Source: Paraspadella gotoi (lineage: Eukaryota; Animalia; Chaetognatha). From it: a stretch of DNA of 64,000 nt. This document shows positions 1-14,320 of the stretch, piece after piece. Location of the stretch: assembly GCA_051294375.1 (NCBI GenBank), contig CM119267.1, forward strand, positions 2,801,631-2,865,630, written 5' to 3'. Every line of letters starts with the position of its first letter. Within the stretch, counting starts at the first letter, position 1. Both the position numbers and the translations under genes were made by a program. A model generated the notes under the pieces. The model searched no databases. It saw nothing but the letters and a program-made list of their open reading frames with translations, and was not told where the DNA came from.

Positions 1-2796
1 CTTTTTTTTTCCTTTTATTTTTTTCTTTCTTCGAAGGGTCTTAACGATCCGTCCAGCTGCGGACCTCGTTTCTTACACCGCGCCCTATTTCATCCAGTCG
101 GCCCCGTTTCTCCCCATACCTCGTTTACCCCCTTTCACCTCGTCTCACTCGAACGTTAACTTTCACAGCGGCGGTGATGCGCGTTCACTTCAAATCACAA
201 ACGTCTCACTCTTCGGTCCGTCCTCCTTTTCTTCCAAATTTCACTTTCGCGGTTTTTCTCAGTTTTAAGGACGAAATTAATGACGTCGTAGGTGACTCTT
301 TTCTATTTCCCCCTATATCCCCTTCCTTTCTTTTCTATTTCCCCCTCTCTCCCCTTAAAAGAGAGAAGAGAACGAGGTACATAATAATCCGGACGATTAC
401 CGGATGAGCAACGTACGGTTCTACTCCTCTGCATCCTATTCCTCTTACTGCTAACAGTATCCCGCTCTCGACGAAGATCCCTCCTCATCCCTCGACCCCT
501 CAGTTCAATTCAAAAACCTGGAAAATGTCCTTTACGGAAACATCACCATCAAACTCACTGTACAAGTCACCATTAACACGCTTTCTTCTCATTCGGAAAA
601 TACACTCCTCGTGAATTACGGTCAAATTCAGGGTCATACTACATCTGTTTCAACAATAGATCATATTTTTTTTTAAACATCAGTCGTCATCATATCTTTG
701 GATATCGAAAACCGTAGTGAGGCCATCGCTCGTTCCCACTCTTAAGCCGATGATTCACAGACTGCTCCCCTCTGATCTACCACAAGAAAAAGGAAACCGA
801 GAAAAAGCGCGTCTGTCAGATCTGAAAAAAAGTAAGAAATATAGCACTGACAAAGCGACAATTCCTAATACTGCTCGAGGAGTCGCAGCGCGTCCCGGGG
901 GCATTAATGCTGTTCGGAGCCACATATAACCATCTGCGAGCGAGCTTGATGCCGAAAAGACCGGTGTCTGTTCGTCATCCGGTCTTCTGTCGGTTTTCGA
1001 AATTATGGACGCGTTATCTATCCTCACAATCGTGTGCCTGGTTCATTCGTGCGGTAGATAGGATGTTAACAGCTCAATGTCGTATCAATGGCGGGTACAT
1101 CCGATCCGCAACTATGACCTCGCGGACACTTGAAATTCACTCGCCTTAGCTCCGTACACTACGTGAGGGACTGACGCACGTATCTCTATCTTCGCCCCGC
1201 ACTTGCCCGCAGCGTTTTCTCTTGCTACATGGCGACTCACTCTTCTGGACTTCTTCCCTCTTCGCTCCACATCGAATACTTGGACTTCCCATCTCTGGTC
1301 CCCTTCAGCCACACCTTTGCTTGTTTGGTTTACAAATTTGGAAATTGGTTTTTTTGTGAGGTTGTAAATGCTTGATAAGGGTTCGTAGGGTACAATTAAG
1401 TGGATGGAATATAGGAAATGGGACAGTGGGAGTTAAGCCTTATTTTAACAGTCAGTCCATTTTGTATACTCACAATTTATCACACGGTTGATTCCTGATT
1501 TTCTCTTCTTATCACCATAATCACGCAGAAAAAGATAATAGGTGCAGCAAAAATATAAGAAATCGAGAATGTCGATGTATATTATTTTCTCTTGCGCGAC
1601 TTAAACACATACTCTCTCCTCCTCCCCTTCATCTTCTCTCTCAGATCTGCTTCTCTCCATTCCTCTCTCCCTCTCTCTCATCTTTCTTATCTCTCTCTCT
1701 ACTCTCTTCTCTCCTCTCCCGCTCCCTCACCCCTCTTCTCCCCCCTCCGAACCTCAGCCCCATCGTCTTCAGCCACGCGGTTGGTTTTTTTTTTTTATCG
1801 CGTTTTTTACAAAGCTCTTTAGATATATTCCATTCCACTCTCAATTTCTAGTTTTTTCTTTCAACCGTTTCATCCATTCCAAGTCTTTCTTTTCGAGGTA
1901 TCTCTCTCAATTCAAACCGACGCTAAAACACCATCTTTCAATCTTTTCGGGTGTGATTTTCACAATCACAAATGTTATACTTTTTATTTCTTTTTCAACG
2001 AACGAAAATATTTTTTTTAATTCAAACTTCGTTTTAACTTTAATCGATAGTTTTTTTTCATATCATTAGAACTGGGTCGACAGTTGGAAGAGGTGAATAT
2101 ACATTATACCAATACATATTCGAAAGGGAACCTTTTTAAGTGGATCTTAGTGGTACGACACGACCCTCCTCTTTACCTCTTAATTGCCTCCATTCCGTCA
2201 ATTTCATCGTCTTCGTATACCATCTCGTTTATTAATAGTTCTTTTTAAATTAAATAGCAAAATTTAAAATATATGTTGCCTAATTCTTGTGGAGTGCGAT
2301 CCGTTCCAAGAAACGCTGGTAGATTGGAACGACGGACCGGGCGCCCACTCACACCCCACGCCCGACCGCGGCTCCNNNNNNNNNNNNNNNNNNNNNNNNN
2401 NNNNNNNNNNNNNNNNNNNNNNNNNNNNNNNNNNNNNNNNNNNNNNNNNNNNNNNNNNNNNNNNNNNNNNNNNNNNNNNNNNNNNNNNNNNNNNNNNNNN
2501 NNNNNNNNNNNNNNNNNNNNNNNNNNNNNNNNNGCCCCCCTCATTTTCGGTGATTCACGATTTGAAAATGGAGTGACTGGACCCATTTTAGGCTCGACGT
2601 GAGCGACCGTGTGAATTGATGAGACGGAAATCCTCACGCTTTCCTTCCTTTCACGCCATTCGATGTGAAAAAGTCTGGAAAACTTTATTCGTCAGAAACT
2701 GAAAAAAAAAATGAAAGAGGCATAAAGATTTTTTTTTTTGGTATCAGAAGTGAGAAGTAAACAACGAATTTCTTGTCTCAAGATTTTCCCCTTTTT

Positions 2797-3157
2797 TAGT
2801 TGCACCGCGAGTACTCGCGGAGCAACTCTATAAGTCACTTTTAGGTCGGTCTGTCGGTCCGTCGGTATATGTATGTCTTGCATATAGTTGGTTGCTCGAT
2901 GCTCATTTGTTAAGAAGGGAAAATCCTCAAATTTAATTGACTACAAGCGCCGCCTTTCAGGATATCCTAAAATTTTAAAAAACAAAAGACGGAATTCCGA
3001 TGCAGTGCGTGTAATAAATACATGGGGTAAGAAAGTTATTGTAGTCATGTAGTCATATCATATCACGTCATTTCAGGTCATATCATATCACGTCACGAAA
3101 AATACATGTGATAAGGCTGTCACTGCGGCGCAACACATTTGAATAACCATTCTTGTT
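2797..3157. mobile_element. Non-autonomous Helentron-associated (HINE/DINE-1-like) element, family B copy 1
   Basis: Starts in a T-run with the hairpin AGTTGC-ACCGCGAGTACTCGCGG-AGCAACT, then a GTCGGTCTGTCGGTCCGTC microsatellite, and ends CTTGTTTT. Colinear homologue at 57557-57902. Confidence 0.7.
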
Positions 3158-3221
3158 TTTCTTAATTTATATTTTTTAAAAATACTTTCTCTTGGGAGAT
3201 ATATATAGTATATATATATAC

Positions 3222-3500
3222 GTAGTTCAGCTTCTTGTATTTCGATGCTAGCGCGGAGTACAATAAAGTATTCCCTAATCTAGTACTTAAGTACTTACAA
3301 TCGAAACATTCTTTGAAAAGTTACCATTTCATTGATAGGGAAGCCTGGTACTCTGGGAGTGAATAAACTGTGAAAGAGTCTTGATTGAAAGCTTGCAGGG
3401 ACCTGCTATGGCATTATCTTGTAAGAGTGACGGAGGCTTTAATCAACCATAGCCTGTCCAGAGTCAGTGGGCTTATTTATTAAATGAATGGATAATTATT
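3222..3500 (-). repeat. Unclassified interspersed repeat, family A
   Basis: Reverse complement of 60805-61100 over about 280 bp (e.g. GAGTCTTGATTGAAAGCTTGCAGGGACCTGCTATG). Confidence 0.75.
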
Positions 3501-3880
3501 ATATTACTTTATTCCATCTTCCAATTTTCTAAAATTTCTTGAATTTCGTTTCCGGNNNNNNNNNNNNNNNNNNNNNNNNNNNNNNNNNNNNNNNNNNNNN
3601 NNNNNNNNNNNNNNNNNNNNNNNNNNNNNNNNNNNNNNNNNNNNNNNNNNNNNNNNNNNNNNNNNNNNNNNNNNNNNNNNNNNNNNNNNNNNNNNNNNNN
3701 NNNNNNNNNNNNNNNNNNNNNNNNNNNNNNNNNNNNNNNNNNNNNNNNNNNCCTCCTCCCTCCCTCCTCGGCGATGATTTTCAACTATTTCGTCACCTCA
3801 AAGACAAAATTCGAAATCGAGGCTCAAATTTTTTTTTTTAGAATTTTGGCGGCGGCGGTTGGGGACAAAGGAAGAAGAGA

Positions 3881-3911
<31 letters not shown>

Positions 3912-3990
3912 AAGATCCGTTTGTCATTTCCAGAGATTGGTCACATTTTCATTTCGACTTTAGCTTCCGGTTTTTGGCAGAAGACGACGA

Positions 3991-4024
<34 letters not shown>

Positions 4025-4699
4025 TTTCTATCTTTAGTTTTCTTTATCTCCGTCTTCGTCTTATTCTTCGTTTTCATCTTTTTCTTCACCTTCGTCTTCA
4101 TCGTCTTCGTCCGACTTTTCCTCCCAAATTCCTCACTTTCTCTCTTCATTCACTTTCACTCCCNNNNNNNNNNNNNNNNNNNNNNNNNNNNNNNNNNNNN
4201 NNNNNNNNNNNNNNNNNNNNNNNNNNNNNNNNNNNNNNNNNNNNNNNNNNNNNNNNNNNNNNNNNNNNNNNNNNNNNNNNNNNNNNNNNNNNNNNNNNNN
4301 NNNNNNNNNNNNNNNNNNNNNNNNNNNNNNNNNNNNNNNNNNNNNNNNNNNNNNNNNNNNNNNNNNNNNTCTCTCTCTCTCTCTCTCTCTCTCCACTTCT
4401 TTTTTTCTCTCAATTCTTCATTTCCTCATCTCATTATAACTTTTTGAGTCGATGTGAACCTCGATAATAGGAAGTTCGGTCTATGCACGTGACCAGAAAG
4501 TTCAAACTCGGCAGACCTTATATATTTTTCCAAACTGTATTGTCACGTGATCACCCCGGGATGTGAACAAGGAAGTTAATTCAGCGCTACACCTTTATAT
4601 AGTTTCACTTGTTAAAACCAAATTCACTTCTTTGTACGGGCGTCAAAAGTAGCTATCGTGTGAAGCTTTAAATGAAATTGTGCCAACTAATATAAAATA

Positions 4700-4845
4700 T
4701 ATCCATTCATTCAAAAAACAAGCTATCTTGCTCTAGACTATGGACCGGCTATGGTGGGTTAAGACCTGCATAGTGCATAGTGCATACCCTCTTACAAGAT
4801 TATAACATAGCAGGGCCTCGTAAGTTTTCCATCAAGACTCTCATA
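4700..4845 (+). repeat. Family A partial copy
   Basis: TATCCATTCATT...CTCTTACAAGATTATAACATAGCAGGGCCTCGTAAGTTTTCCATCAAGACTCTC. Confidence 0.65.
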
Positions 4846-5304
4846 CATTATATATATTATATATATAGACATTAACTATTTCCTCCTTGATTCCTCTCTT
4901 TCCTCCTTCTCTTCCTCCTCCAATTCCTCTTCCCCTCCCTCTTCTTCTTCTTTTTCTTTCTATTCCTACGCTTGGGTGACGAATTTTTATGCAAGACATT
5001 TTTTCGCTCCTTTTAAACTCAAACGAATCACAGGGATCCGAATCAAAACTTTAAAAAATCGTGATATTTTAAGTTTTTAACAAATAAACCTACATACATA
5101 CAGGAAATAAATGAAATTTATATAGAAACCAAACGTAGAGAAGTCTTTCTACTAAGGGACACCGCATTCTGCATCTTCATTTCTGAGTGAAGCAGTCTAT
5201 AAAGTTTTGAGCCTGGTTTACCATCATTAGTTTTGAATCCGATGTCTGTAGTCATAATTCAGAATAGAAAGTAATTTTGTGAGTAATTATACTGAAGACT
5301 TAAT

Positions 5305-5376
5305 CTGTGGGATTCGAACCCACACCTCGAGATAACCAGAGCGCAGCAGACTAGTCCGATCGGCCATCCCATCAAC
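5305..5376 (-). mobile_element. tRNA(Leu)-derived SINE head or tRNA pseudogene
   Basis: Minus strand GGATGGCCGATCGGACTAGTCTGCTGCGCTCTGGTTATCTCGAGGTGTGGGTTCGAATCCCAC has an A box and a B box (GGTTCGAATCC) and resembles tRNA-Leu. The anticodon arm and acceptor stem are not intact. Confidence 0.6.
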
Positions 5377-6479
5377 TTGCAAAAGACTAAAATAAATTAA
5401 CAAAAATAGAAAAACTAAAGAGAAAAGATGAAAGGAAATTCTGTTGGAAAAAAAAAGAGAATGGAAAGAGAGTGTCAGAATTCGACCGTAGAAAAGCACC
5501 GCCTATTTGCACTGGGATGACTCAACCCCTGAGACACGAGAGAGAGAGAGAGAAGAGAGCGGATGAAGATGAAAGGAGAGAGAGAGAGGAGAGAGAGAGA
5601 GAGATGATAGAGGGGAAGTAGAGTTAGGTTATCGGAGATCTCGCATGAAGAGATCGGACGATTGAATCAAGCATTAGTACCTCTCTTCTTATCTCCCCCT
5701 CTCCTCTTCATCGGTTCAGCTTTAACTCCTCAACTGAAAAAAAAGGGACAGGGACGCTATAAAAAAAGTTAATTATAAATACCAATAAATATCAAACACC
5801 TAAAAAAGGATAGAGATTAATAAAGACTAATATATAGAAAACTGCAGGATATAATTTTGTCTAAACTCGAGCTCTTTAATGATAGAAGATATCCGCGAGT
5901 TAGGAGAGGAGAGAGACAGAAAAAGAAATGGCATTGTATAAGGAACTTCGAAATTATGAGTAAAATCTCGTGTGTATGACTCGATGAGTTACTATGACGC
6001 CCAGATGACGCAGGGAGGCGAGACAAGAAAAGGCAGGCGAGTGGGAGACGCTTAAATATAAGAAGGAAGAAAAATCAGGAAAGAAAAGACTTAAAAAGTT
6101 ATCGAGAGGAATCCTCTGGATGTGATGCGAAGAGAGTAAAAAAAGGGAAGAGTCGGTTCGATAGGTAAGAAAAAAATAAGAGAAACGAGGACCAGGCGAA
6201 AGTATGAGAGCAGAGAAATAGAGATATCCCAACAAGTGAGACTCGGGCATGGAGAGCGACCCGCGTTCTGATAGGGAAGTAAAAGAAAAAGATCGGCGGG
6301 CCGCGCGTAAACGTCAGAATTTCGCGCGAAAACTCGTCTCAGACTTTGAAAAGATGGAATAAAGGATTGTGTTTTGGGAAAGGCGCAACCCATTAAGGCC
6401 CGGAGCGCAACTGGAGAGAAACAATCAGTTTTCAAAACGTTTGGTAAATCGTGCGGGTGTGGTTCAAGCACACGCAGAG

Positions 6480-9400
6480 GAGAGAAGGTGTAGGAGACAA
6501 GGAAAAGGAGTGGGAGAGAGGATGGAAAGAGCAAGGGTAAGGACCGAAGAAGTAGGGGAGTAGGAAAGGAGGTTGTAGGGGTTTAGGAGAGTCACACTAA
6601 AGAAGTAAACATTACTAAAAAGGGCGAAGACCGAAGAGTAATGGAGGGGAGAGAGAGAGAGCGTGCGAATATAATAAGAACAATGGGTCTTGTTCGTAGT
6701 TAAACTAAAAGTAATTTTTAAAAGAAATACATATAAAAAATAGGAGAATACGTAATCATGGCGCAGAGGACTTATCACCGCCTCTTGCTTTTTACAACTG
6801 TTTATTTCACGAAAGTTTAAACAAAACCATCGAAATTTGTTCTTAGGGTAAATATCGAAAGAATAGAAACTCTGTAAACAGTTATTTTCGGTGTAAGCTG
6901 GCAAAATATGGTTTTGTAGGCCGGTCTTAAGGGAAAATCAAAAGGAGATGTATAAAACCCGGGCTGGAAAAGAGATAAAATATATAATAGAAAAACATTA
7001 AAAGAAAGGCAATAAAAATAAAAGACAAAAATTAAAGGTCAGATTATCCGACGCCCCGATGTAAGTTTTAGTGGAATAAAAAAGAAAAGGAGCTGCGGGA
7101 ACCATAAAAATCCGAGGGAATTATTTTGTTATATACTGATATGTGTTGAATAGCAGAAGGAAATCACTAATCTTTTAACTTGTTTCGTAAAACTTTTCTC
7201 AAAAATTTTTTTTTTCTAGCCAAAAAATGAAAAAAGATTAATTTCTACTATTTGTTTACTAACGCATCAATCACTCGAAGCCACGGATCCTTGTGACCTA
7301 TTTTTTTCTTTAATATATAATCTTTTAATTTTTTTATGAGGCGAGGTATCTTTCCAATAATATTTTACGCACATGTGTTAATTACAACATCGTTAAGTAA
7401 AATCTATTATTTAGAAGAAACCGAACACAGAATCGTTTAATTAAAAAATTTCACCTCAAATCCAAAATAAATTGTACGAGAGTAAAAAACTAGAAGATAT
7501 TAAAATGTGAGAAACTTGGCGAGCCGAGGGTTCTTATCAATTTTTCAGGTTATTTTTTTTAAAACCCGTATTCGTAATCCATGTATTTTGTTATCTGATT
7601 ATAGTCAAGCCTTTTTTTAAGCAGAGAAAACGTCATTAGAAACGTTCCGTACGGCCCATTAAGTATTTCCCCCGTAACGACTATCGGAATTGACGTTACT
7701 GCTGTCACCGGCCTGAAATGTAAAGCCGACAGTGAATGAATATGTGTATACCTCTTCGTCCTCTTTTCTTTATTTCTTCTTCCTTTCTTCTCTCCTACTC
7801 TTTTCTTCCTAGTCGGACCGAAAACTCTAATATATATATACTTCTTCACTACATCTCTTTCGTCTCTGTGTCGGTGCCATATACGTCTCTACGCAATGCC
7901 TTCTTCTGTCAATTCTTGAAATCTCCCCCGGATATAACCTGGAGGAGATCGATTTTGTTAGTAAAGAGAGACTAAGCTCCCAGAATGTCTCTCATTTCCT
8001 GGATTTTATAATACGGATATTCACGTGGAAGTACGATATTAGAGAGAAACAGATTGGAACAAGCGTTATAATATAGGTTTGAAAGCGATGTGGCTGCTAG
8101 TTCGGGCTGGAGGCTAGGGCCGGAAGGAGGGAGCGGTGTTGGTCGATGTGGGTGGAATCGCGGGGAAGAGAATGTCTGCTCTTCCGGATTTAGGCGTCTA
8201 ACTGGGTGGTCGGACCTGGAAAAGGTTAAAAAACTGAGAACCCGGTTGATGATAAGATCATCATACTGAAAATAGAGTTCTATATTCTAACGAAAGAAAA
8301 AGTCATTTCGCGAAGTTTTTGTTTGGGGTCTTTTGTATTTGCTAATATGCGCTTCTATTTATATTTCCCTCTTAACCTCTATGAACAAATACGAAGTTGG
8401 GCGCGAAATAGGCGAGCTCGAACCAAACTGAGAGTTATACCTCACTCCATGTTAATTTATCCAGAGACAACTCGAACAGGAAAGAATTCTTTTTAACTAT
8501 TCTCACCGGCGTGAATTCTCCATCCCTCTCTGCTTCTCTCGTTTCTCGTCCTGTCTCTCTCTCATCTTCTTCTAGAATGGTGTCCATCATCTCTCTCATT
8601 CTATCTTCGTCTCTTCTCTCTCTCTCCTGTCTCTCTCTCTCCTCTTCTCTCTATCCTTTCTCTTCTCTCTCATACTCGTCTCTCGACTCCTAAACAAACT
8701 TCGCTCGGCGTCATCAATCACACAAACTATTTCAAAATTGCAAATCTCTGAAAATTAGTGTGACAGTTTTCACTCAGCCCAAGTCTCCCGGTACGACCTT
8801 GTCTCTCCCCTCTCCCGACGTTGTCTTTTTTTCTTTTATTTCCCTTTGTTTATTCTATTGTTGGTTTTTTTTTTTTTTTTTTTTTTGAGTGGTTTAGATC
8901 CAAGGATCTTTCGAAAAGAAACACTTTCGCCTGCTATTCTCTCCTTCTTCTTTGCTTTTCTTTTCCGCTTATTTTGTCTTTTTTGTCTACGATGAATAAA
9001 AAAACCTTTTCTTTCTTTCATCCTTCTCGATTTCGTTAATGACTTGTTCAGTTTTCATCTTTCGTTTGTGGTCGATAACTCTAAATATGCGCGTCACAGT
9101 CTCAGAAAAAAATAATCTTAAAAATCTAAATTCTAAAATGTCCTGCGTCAAGTCGGAGCATCCTCTCAAAGGGCATATCCAAACAAGGACTAACAAAAAT
9201 GGAGACAAAATTAATCTCTCTCATGGGGATTTAATTCTTCAAAGATCGTCTCTAGATCGCACTCCACACGTTTATGACAAGAACACGGAGAAGAAATGCT
9301 GTTCGATGTTTCGAAATTCGCGATCAAAAATTTTTTGGTCACCATACGTATATCAACATATAGTCATTATGGACACCCATTGGAGAGAGCGAAGTTATAA

Positions 9401-11712
9401 GCATGAAGGGGAGGCGGGCGAGGTGAGATGGGCAAGGTAACTCTAGTGTGTAATATAGCTTATTTGTACTAGGTGAATATTCGTACTTATGACAACCACC
9501 TTTGATTTTCGGGTCGGGTATAGAAGTCAAAGACCTTATTTACCCCAATGAGAATAATGGAGCGGAGGTAGGAAGACACTCTAATATCTTATTGCGCGAA
9601 AAATTGAAATAAGTTTAGATAAATATTTCACTTCATAATTTATTATTATATAATAAACTTTATAAGTTTATCTCAGAATTATAAATCATAGCTCAATAAA
9701 ATAATAGCTCTTTTTATATTTTAACGATGAATTTCTAACTAGCTTTTGGTAAGATATCATGTTTCCACCGCTAATTCCTAACTTTCTATCTAGATTAAAA
9801 TTGTGATAGGAAGTTCTTAACCATCTTATCCATTCCGTATACATTAACAAGTAATGTCCTTTTATGAAAAGATTACATATGTAATTCACGTCTGACTTTT
9901 CTGTGTGTTGTTGCTCGTTTGTTAAAGGTCTCCGGCGACTTCGTTCCTCCTCGCCTCTATCGCTCAGTGTTCCAAGTCGAATCCACTTTCTTCCAGTTAC
10001 CACATCACACATCTCCAATCAACCTCCGAACCTTTTGAGGTCCCATAATAATCTCTTCTTTTCTCTTCTCTATTTCTTTTCTTTTTCTTCTTTATTCCTT
10101 TTTCTTTTTCCTTTTCTTTTTCTTTTTTCTTCCCTTTCTATTCTTTTATTTTCTCACTTCTTTTCCTTTTTTCTATTTCGTTTTCTTCCTTCTTTCTCTT
10201 TCAAAACCATCATCAATAAAATCTCGCTCATCCAAGCTTCTCAACCCATGTCAACCGGGCCGGCGGACGACCTCACCATCTCAAGATTCACTTTTCAATC
10301 CGACTCTCTCACACCCACCATCCTTCTCCGTGAGGGAAGGCGAAAGAGAGAGATAGAGAAAGAGGGAGGATAGGAGGCTAAATTCTGCATAATTTGACCG
10401 GTCGTAGGAAGGAGCGAAGGAAGAGAGAAAGGAGGGAAGAGGCAGGAAGAGGTAGCCGCGAGGGAAGCAGACGCGAGTTAGGTACCGACAAAAAAGTAGG
10501 TCAAAAACAAAGAGAAAGAATGAGAAACAAAGTTTTCTTTCTCCGTAAGATTTTCGTCCGAGGAGGAATTATCTATGTTGCGCCGAGAGGAGGAGAGGGA
10601 GCGAAAAGAGAGAAGGAAGGGGGAGAGGAGTCAGAGGACGGAAAAGAGGAGAGAGGGAGACGGAGAGGGGGAAAAGGAGTAAGCGAAGGGTGGGCATTGT
10701 GAAGGAAAAAAAAAGCTTGGATGCTCTTTTCAAACCAGACACTGGGGGCTGGTAATTGGCCATAAGAGAATTTTATGAAGGAGGACCTCTTTGAGATGGT
10801 GTTAAAGAGTTCACGACTCTCTCTCTCTATCTCAATCTCTCTCTTCTCGTCTCTCTCTTCCTCCTCTTCGGACGTCGTTTATCACTGCTATTTCCGAAAA
10901 GTAAAAACAGAAGATGGACTCGTTCCTAATTATATCGAAAGCGAGTGCATGTGAACGTTTCCATAAAAATCGTTAATGGATATTGCGATTTATTTATTTT
11001 ATACCATGTCTGCCATATAATACTCAATGCCCGCGTCTTGATTTAGGTAGGTTGCCGCGAAACTTTAATTTCTCCTTTTAAAACTTTTTCCCAAATAAAA
11101 CTTTTTAAGTAGCCGTGGTTCCCTATTCGATGTAAAATTTTTACNNNNNNNNNNNNNNNNNNNNNNNNNGTAGCGAAAGGGTTCTGGCCTCGAGAAATGT
11201 AAAACTTCTTCCTCTGCATGAGATCGACACAAAGTATGACATCCTCCTCTGTGACTCGTGATTGCGAGTGAAAGAATTCACCGACGCTTTGGTGAAGACG
11301 TGACCACCGGAGGAGAAAGGGGGGAAGGGGTGGCGAGGGGGTGGAGGGAGGCGAAAATAGGGTGGAGTGGGTTTAGGGTCAACGTAACAGTAACATTACT
11401 CAAAAGGGCGAAGACCGAAAGAGTAATTACGGCGAAAAATGTCGGCGTCGATAAACTAAAGTTTTTAAAAAAAAGCATCGTGTAATATGTTTTAAAATTA
11501 TCGTTTAATGAATGTTTAGTGATGAGGAACCGTTATTGTTAACCTATATGTAAACAAAGGTACGAGAATATATTACTTTTAATATAAACAAAATGAACGA
11601 AACTGGTAAATTGTTGATTCGAACCAACATACGACGACAACGACCGGAATTTTAATTTTAGCCCACGAAGACGTAATTAAGAAACAACGACGACGACGAA
11701 GAAGACGATGGA

Positions 11713-11744
<32 letters not shown>

Positions 11745-13203
11745 TGGAGACGACGAGGACGAGGAAGTGATTCTCTTCTCGCGAAAAATCGCGTGGGAAT
11801 CGATGACCGAATGGAGGATCGATTAAGACTCTGGATTTTGGAAAGGATGGGATGAAATGGGTGGGTGGGGATTGGGGATGAGTGGGGATTAGGGATGGGT
11901 GGGGATTAGGGATGGGTGGGGACCTGGAAAAGTTAAAATGAGAAACGGTTGATGATAAGACAAATGAAAATAGANNNNNNNNNNNNNNNNNNNNNNNNNN
12001 NNNNNNNNNNNNNNNNNNNNNNNNNNNNNNNNNNNNNNNNNNNNNNNNNNNNNNNNNNNNNNNNNNNNNNNNNNNNNNNNNNNNNNNNNNNNNNNNNNNN
12101 NNNNNNNNNNNNNNNNNNNNNNNNNNNNNNNNNNNNNNNNNNNNNNNNNNNNNNNNNNNNNNNNNNNNNNNNNNNNNNNNNNNNNNNNNNNNNNNNGTCT
12201 TATAACCCTTTGGGCGGGCTTGGGGGCGGGGAGCGGGCAAGCGGGCCTTTCTGGGCTAACCCCTTTGATTTTCGGGTCGGGTCAAGAGTCAAGACCCTCA
12301 AGGATTTAGCGTTGAGCTCTTTTTTGCGTTTGAAAACGTCGGTTAATTTGAAAATTAAAATATTCTCTACTATGACAAATTTAAAACACCCTCAAAATTA
12401 GATATTACTATATATTATATATTATATTATTAAAATATATTATATCATATATACTTTATATAATTCATATTGGTTCTAGCCATTTCATTAGCTATTTGGT
12501 CCCTTATTACAAGATAATATGTAATGTGTTCCTTTAAGCCGGATCTGTTCCCGCTCGCGTGTATCGAACATTTTTCCCATTAACACATCACATCCAAAAA
12601 TCAACCGAAACTTTTGAGCCAAAATCTCTTCTTTTCTTCTCTTTTCTTTTCTTTTCTTTTCTTTTCTTTTCTTTTCTTTTCTTTTCTTTTCTTTTCTTTT
12701 CTTTTCTTTTCTTTTCTTCTTTTCTTTTCTTTTCTTCTTTTCAACCTCATCATAATCGCTCACTTCTCACATTCACCGGCGGCGGACGACCTCACCATCT
12801 CAAGATTCACTTCACGCTTCTCACCCCACCCTCCTTCTCCGTGAGGGAAGGCGAGGGAGATAGAGAAAGAGGGAGGATTAGGCTAATTTGCATATTTGAC
12901 GGTCGTGAAGGAGGAGGAGGAGGAGGAAGAGGAGGAGGAGGAAAGAGAGAGCGATTAGCGAAAAAGTCAAAACAAAAACGAATGAATTTTCTTCGAGATT
13001 TCGTCCGAGAGAGAATTTTCTGTTCGCGAGGAGAGAGGGAGGAGAAGAGAGGGAGGGGGAGAGGGAGAGAGGAGGAAAGAGAGAGAGGGAGAAGGAGTAA
13101 GAGAAGGGGCAATGTGAAGGAAAGCTTGGATGTCTTTCACGACATCTGGGGCTGGTCATGGCCAAGATTGTGAGAGACTCTTTGAATGGTTAAAGAGTTC
13201 ACG

Positions 13204-13246
<43 letters not shown>

Positions 13247-13480
13247 TTTCTCTCTTTCGGCGTCGTTATTCTATTTTCCGAAAGTAAACAGAAGAGGCCC
13301 TTCCTAATTATCGAAAGCGTCATGTAACGTCTTCAATAAAATCGTTAATATATTGCGATTTATATTTATAATGTCTGCCATATAATACTCAATGCGCGTT
13401 TGATTTAGAGGTTGAGGAAATTTATCCTCTTTTAATTTTTACAATAAACTTTTTACCGTCTATTCGATGTAAAATTTTTA
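6480..13480 (+). repeat. Noisy direct duplication (about 6480-11144 vs 11170-13480) around a 25-N gap; probable assembly artefact
   Basis: Colinear anchors AAAAGGGCGAAGACCGAA, GACCTGGAAAA..GGTTGATGATAAGA, TTTGATTTTCGGGTCGGGT, GGCGGACGACCTCACCATCTCAAGATTCACTT and TATTCGATGTAAAATTTTT. The first copy is insertion-rich. Confidence 0.75.
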
Positions 13481-14320
13481 ATAATAACACAATTAAATCA
13501 GCTCATCGTTTGATATTTTTGATCAGAATTACTGGAGGGTGATTTAATGATGATTTAATGAGACGGACGGCTTATTTTTTCAGGACGTTTGTTCTTTAAT
13601 ATCAGCCAAAAAGCCGACTCTCACCGAATTTACTCTCTCTCTCTTTCTCTCTCTCTCCTCTCTCTCTCCTCTCTCTCTTTTCTCTGCCTTGGTCGACAAC
13701 ATATTTCCGAGACCATAACAATTTCGATCATTCAAGTCTGAAAACAGATTAGTTCATCTTTTCTATTCACTTCTGCCCCTCACCCCAAAAACGCCTCAGC
13801 CGCCCTCTTCCCGCCCTTCCAATTTACGCATCTTATCCTTCGACTCTGAGAAGTCGATGTTAAGACTTAACGACTTCATGGAAAGAAGTGTTGACGAAGC
13901 TAAAAGACGATAACATAAAGAAAGGGACTCTAGTCGGGCATTGCTATAAGTTCACCCCGCCTAAAACCATGACGCTTACAGTCGTGACCCGGTGGCTCGC
14001 TGACCATTAGTTAGCGAGATCGATCTCCAAGGATACCTACCCTGCGGGAAGAGTAAGGACCGCTGTAAACCCTCAAGCCTGTCTTTACATACATTCTTTA
14101 GTACCTAAAATCCTTGATCGATTCAATGCTTTCAATGTTTTCAACTTTCTTTACTTAATTTTGTTGAACTAAAAATACAGAAAGGTTAGTTTAAAAACGT
14201 TTTTTAAGAAAAGGATGGAAATATTTCTAAAAGTTTTGTTTACAAACAAAGTCGTTAAGTTCTTTGCTTTGCGTTTAAGACTGACCCCCATCACTCTTAA
14301 TAAGAAAGAGAGAGATTGCA

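Noticed and set aside
5305-5376. Functional tRNA-Leu gene
   Set aside because: The acceptor stem and anticodon arm do not pair; retained only as a SINE head or pseudogene.
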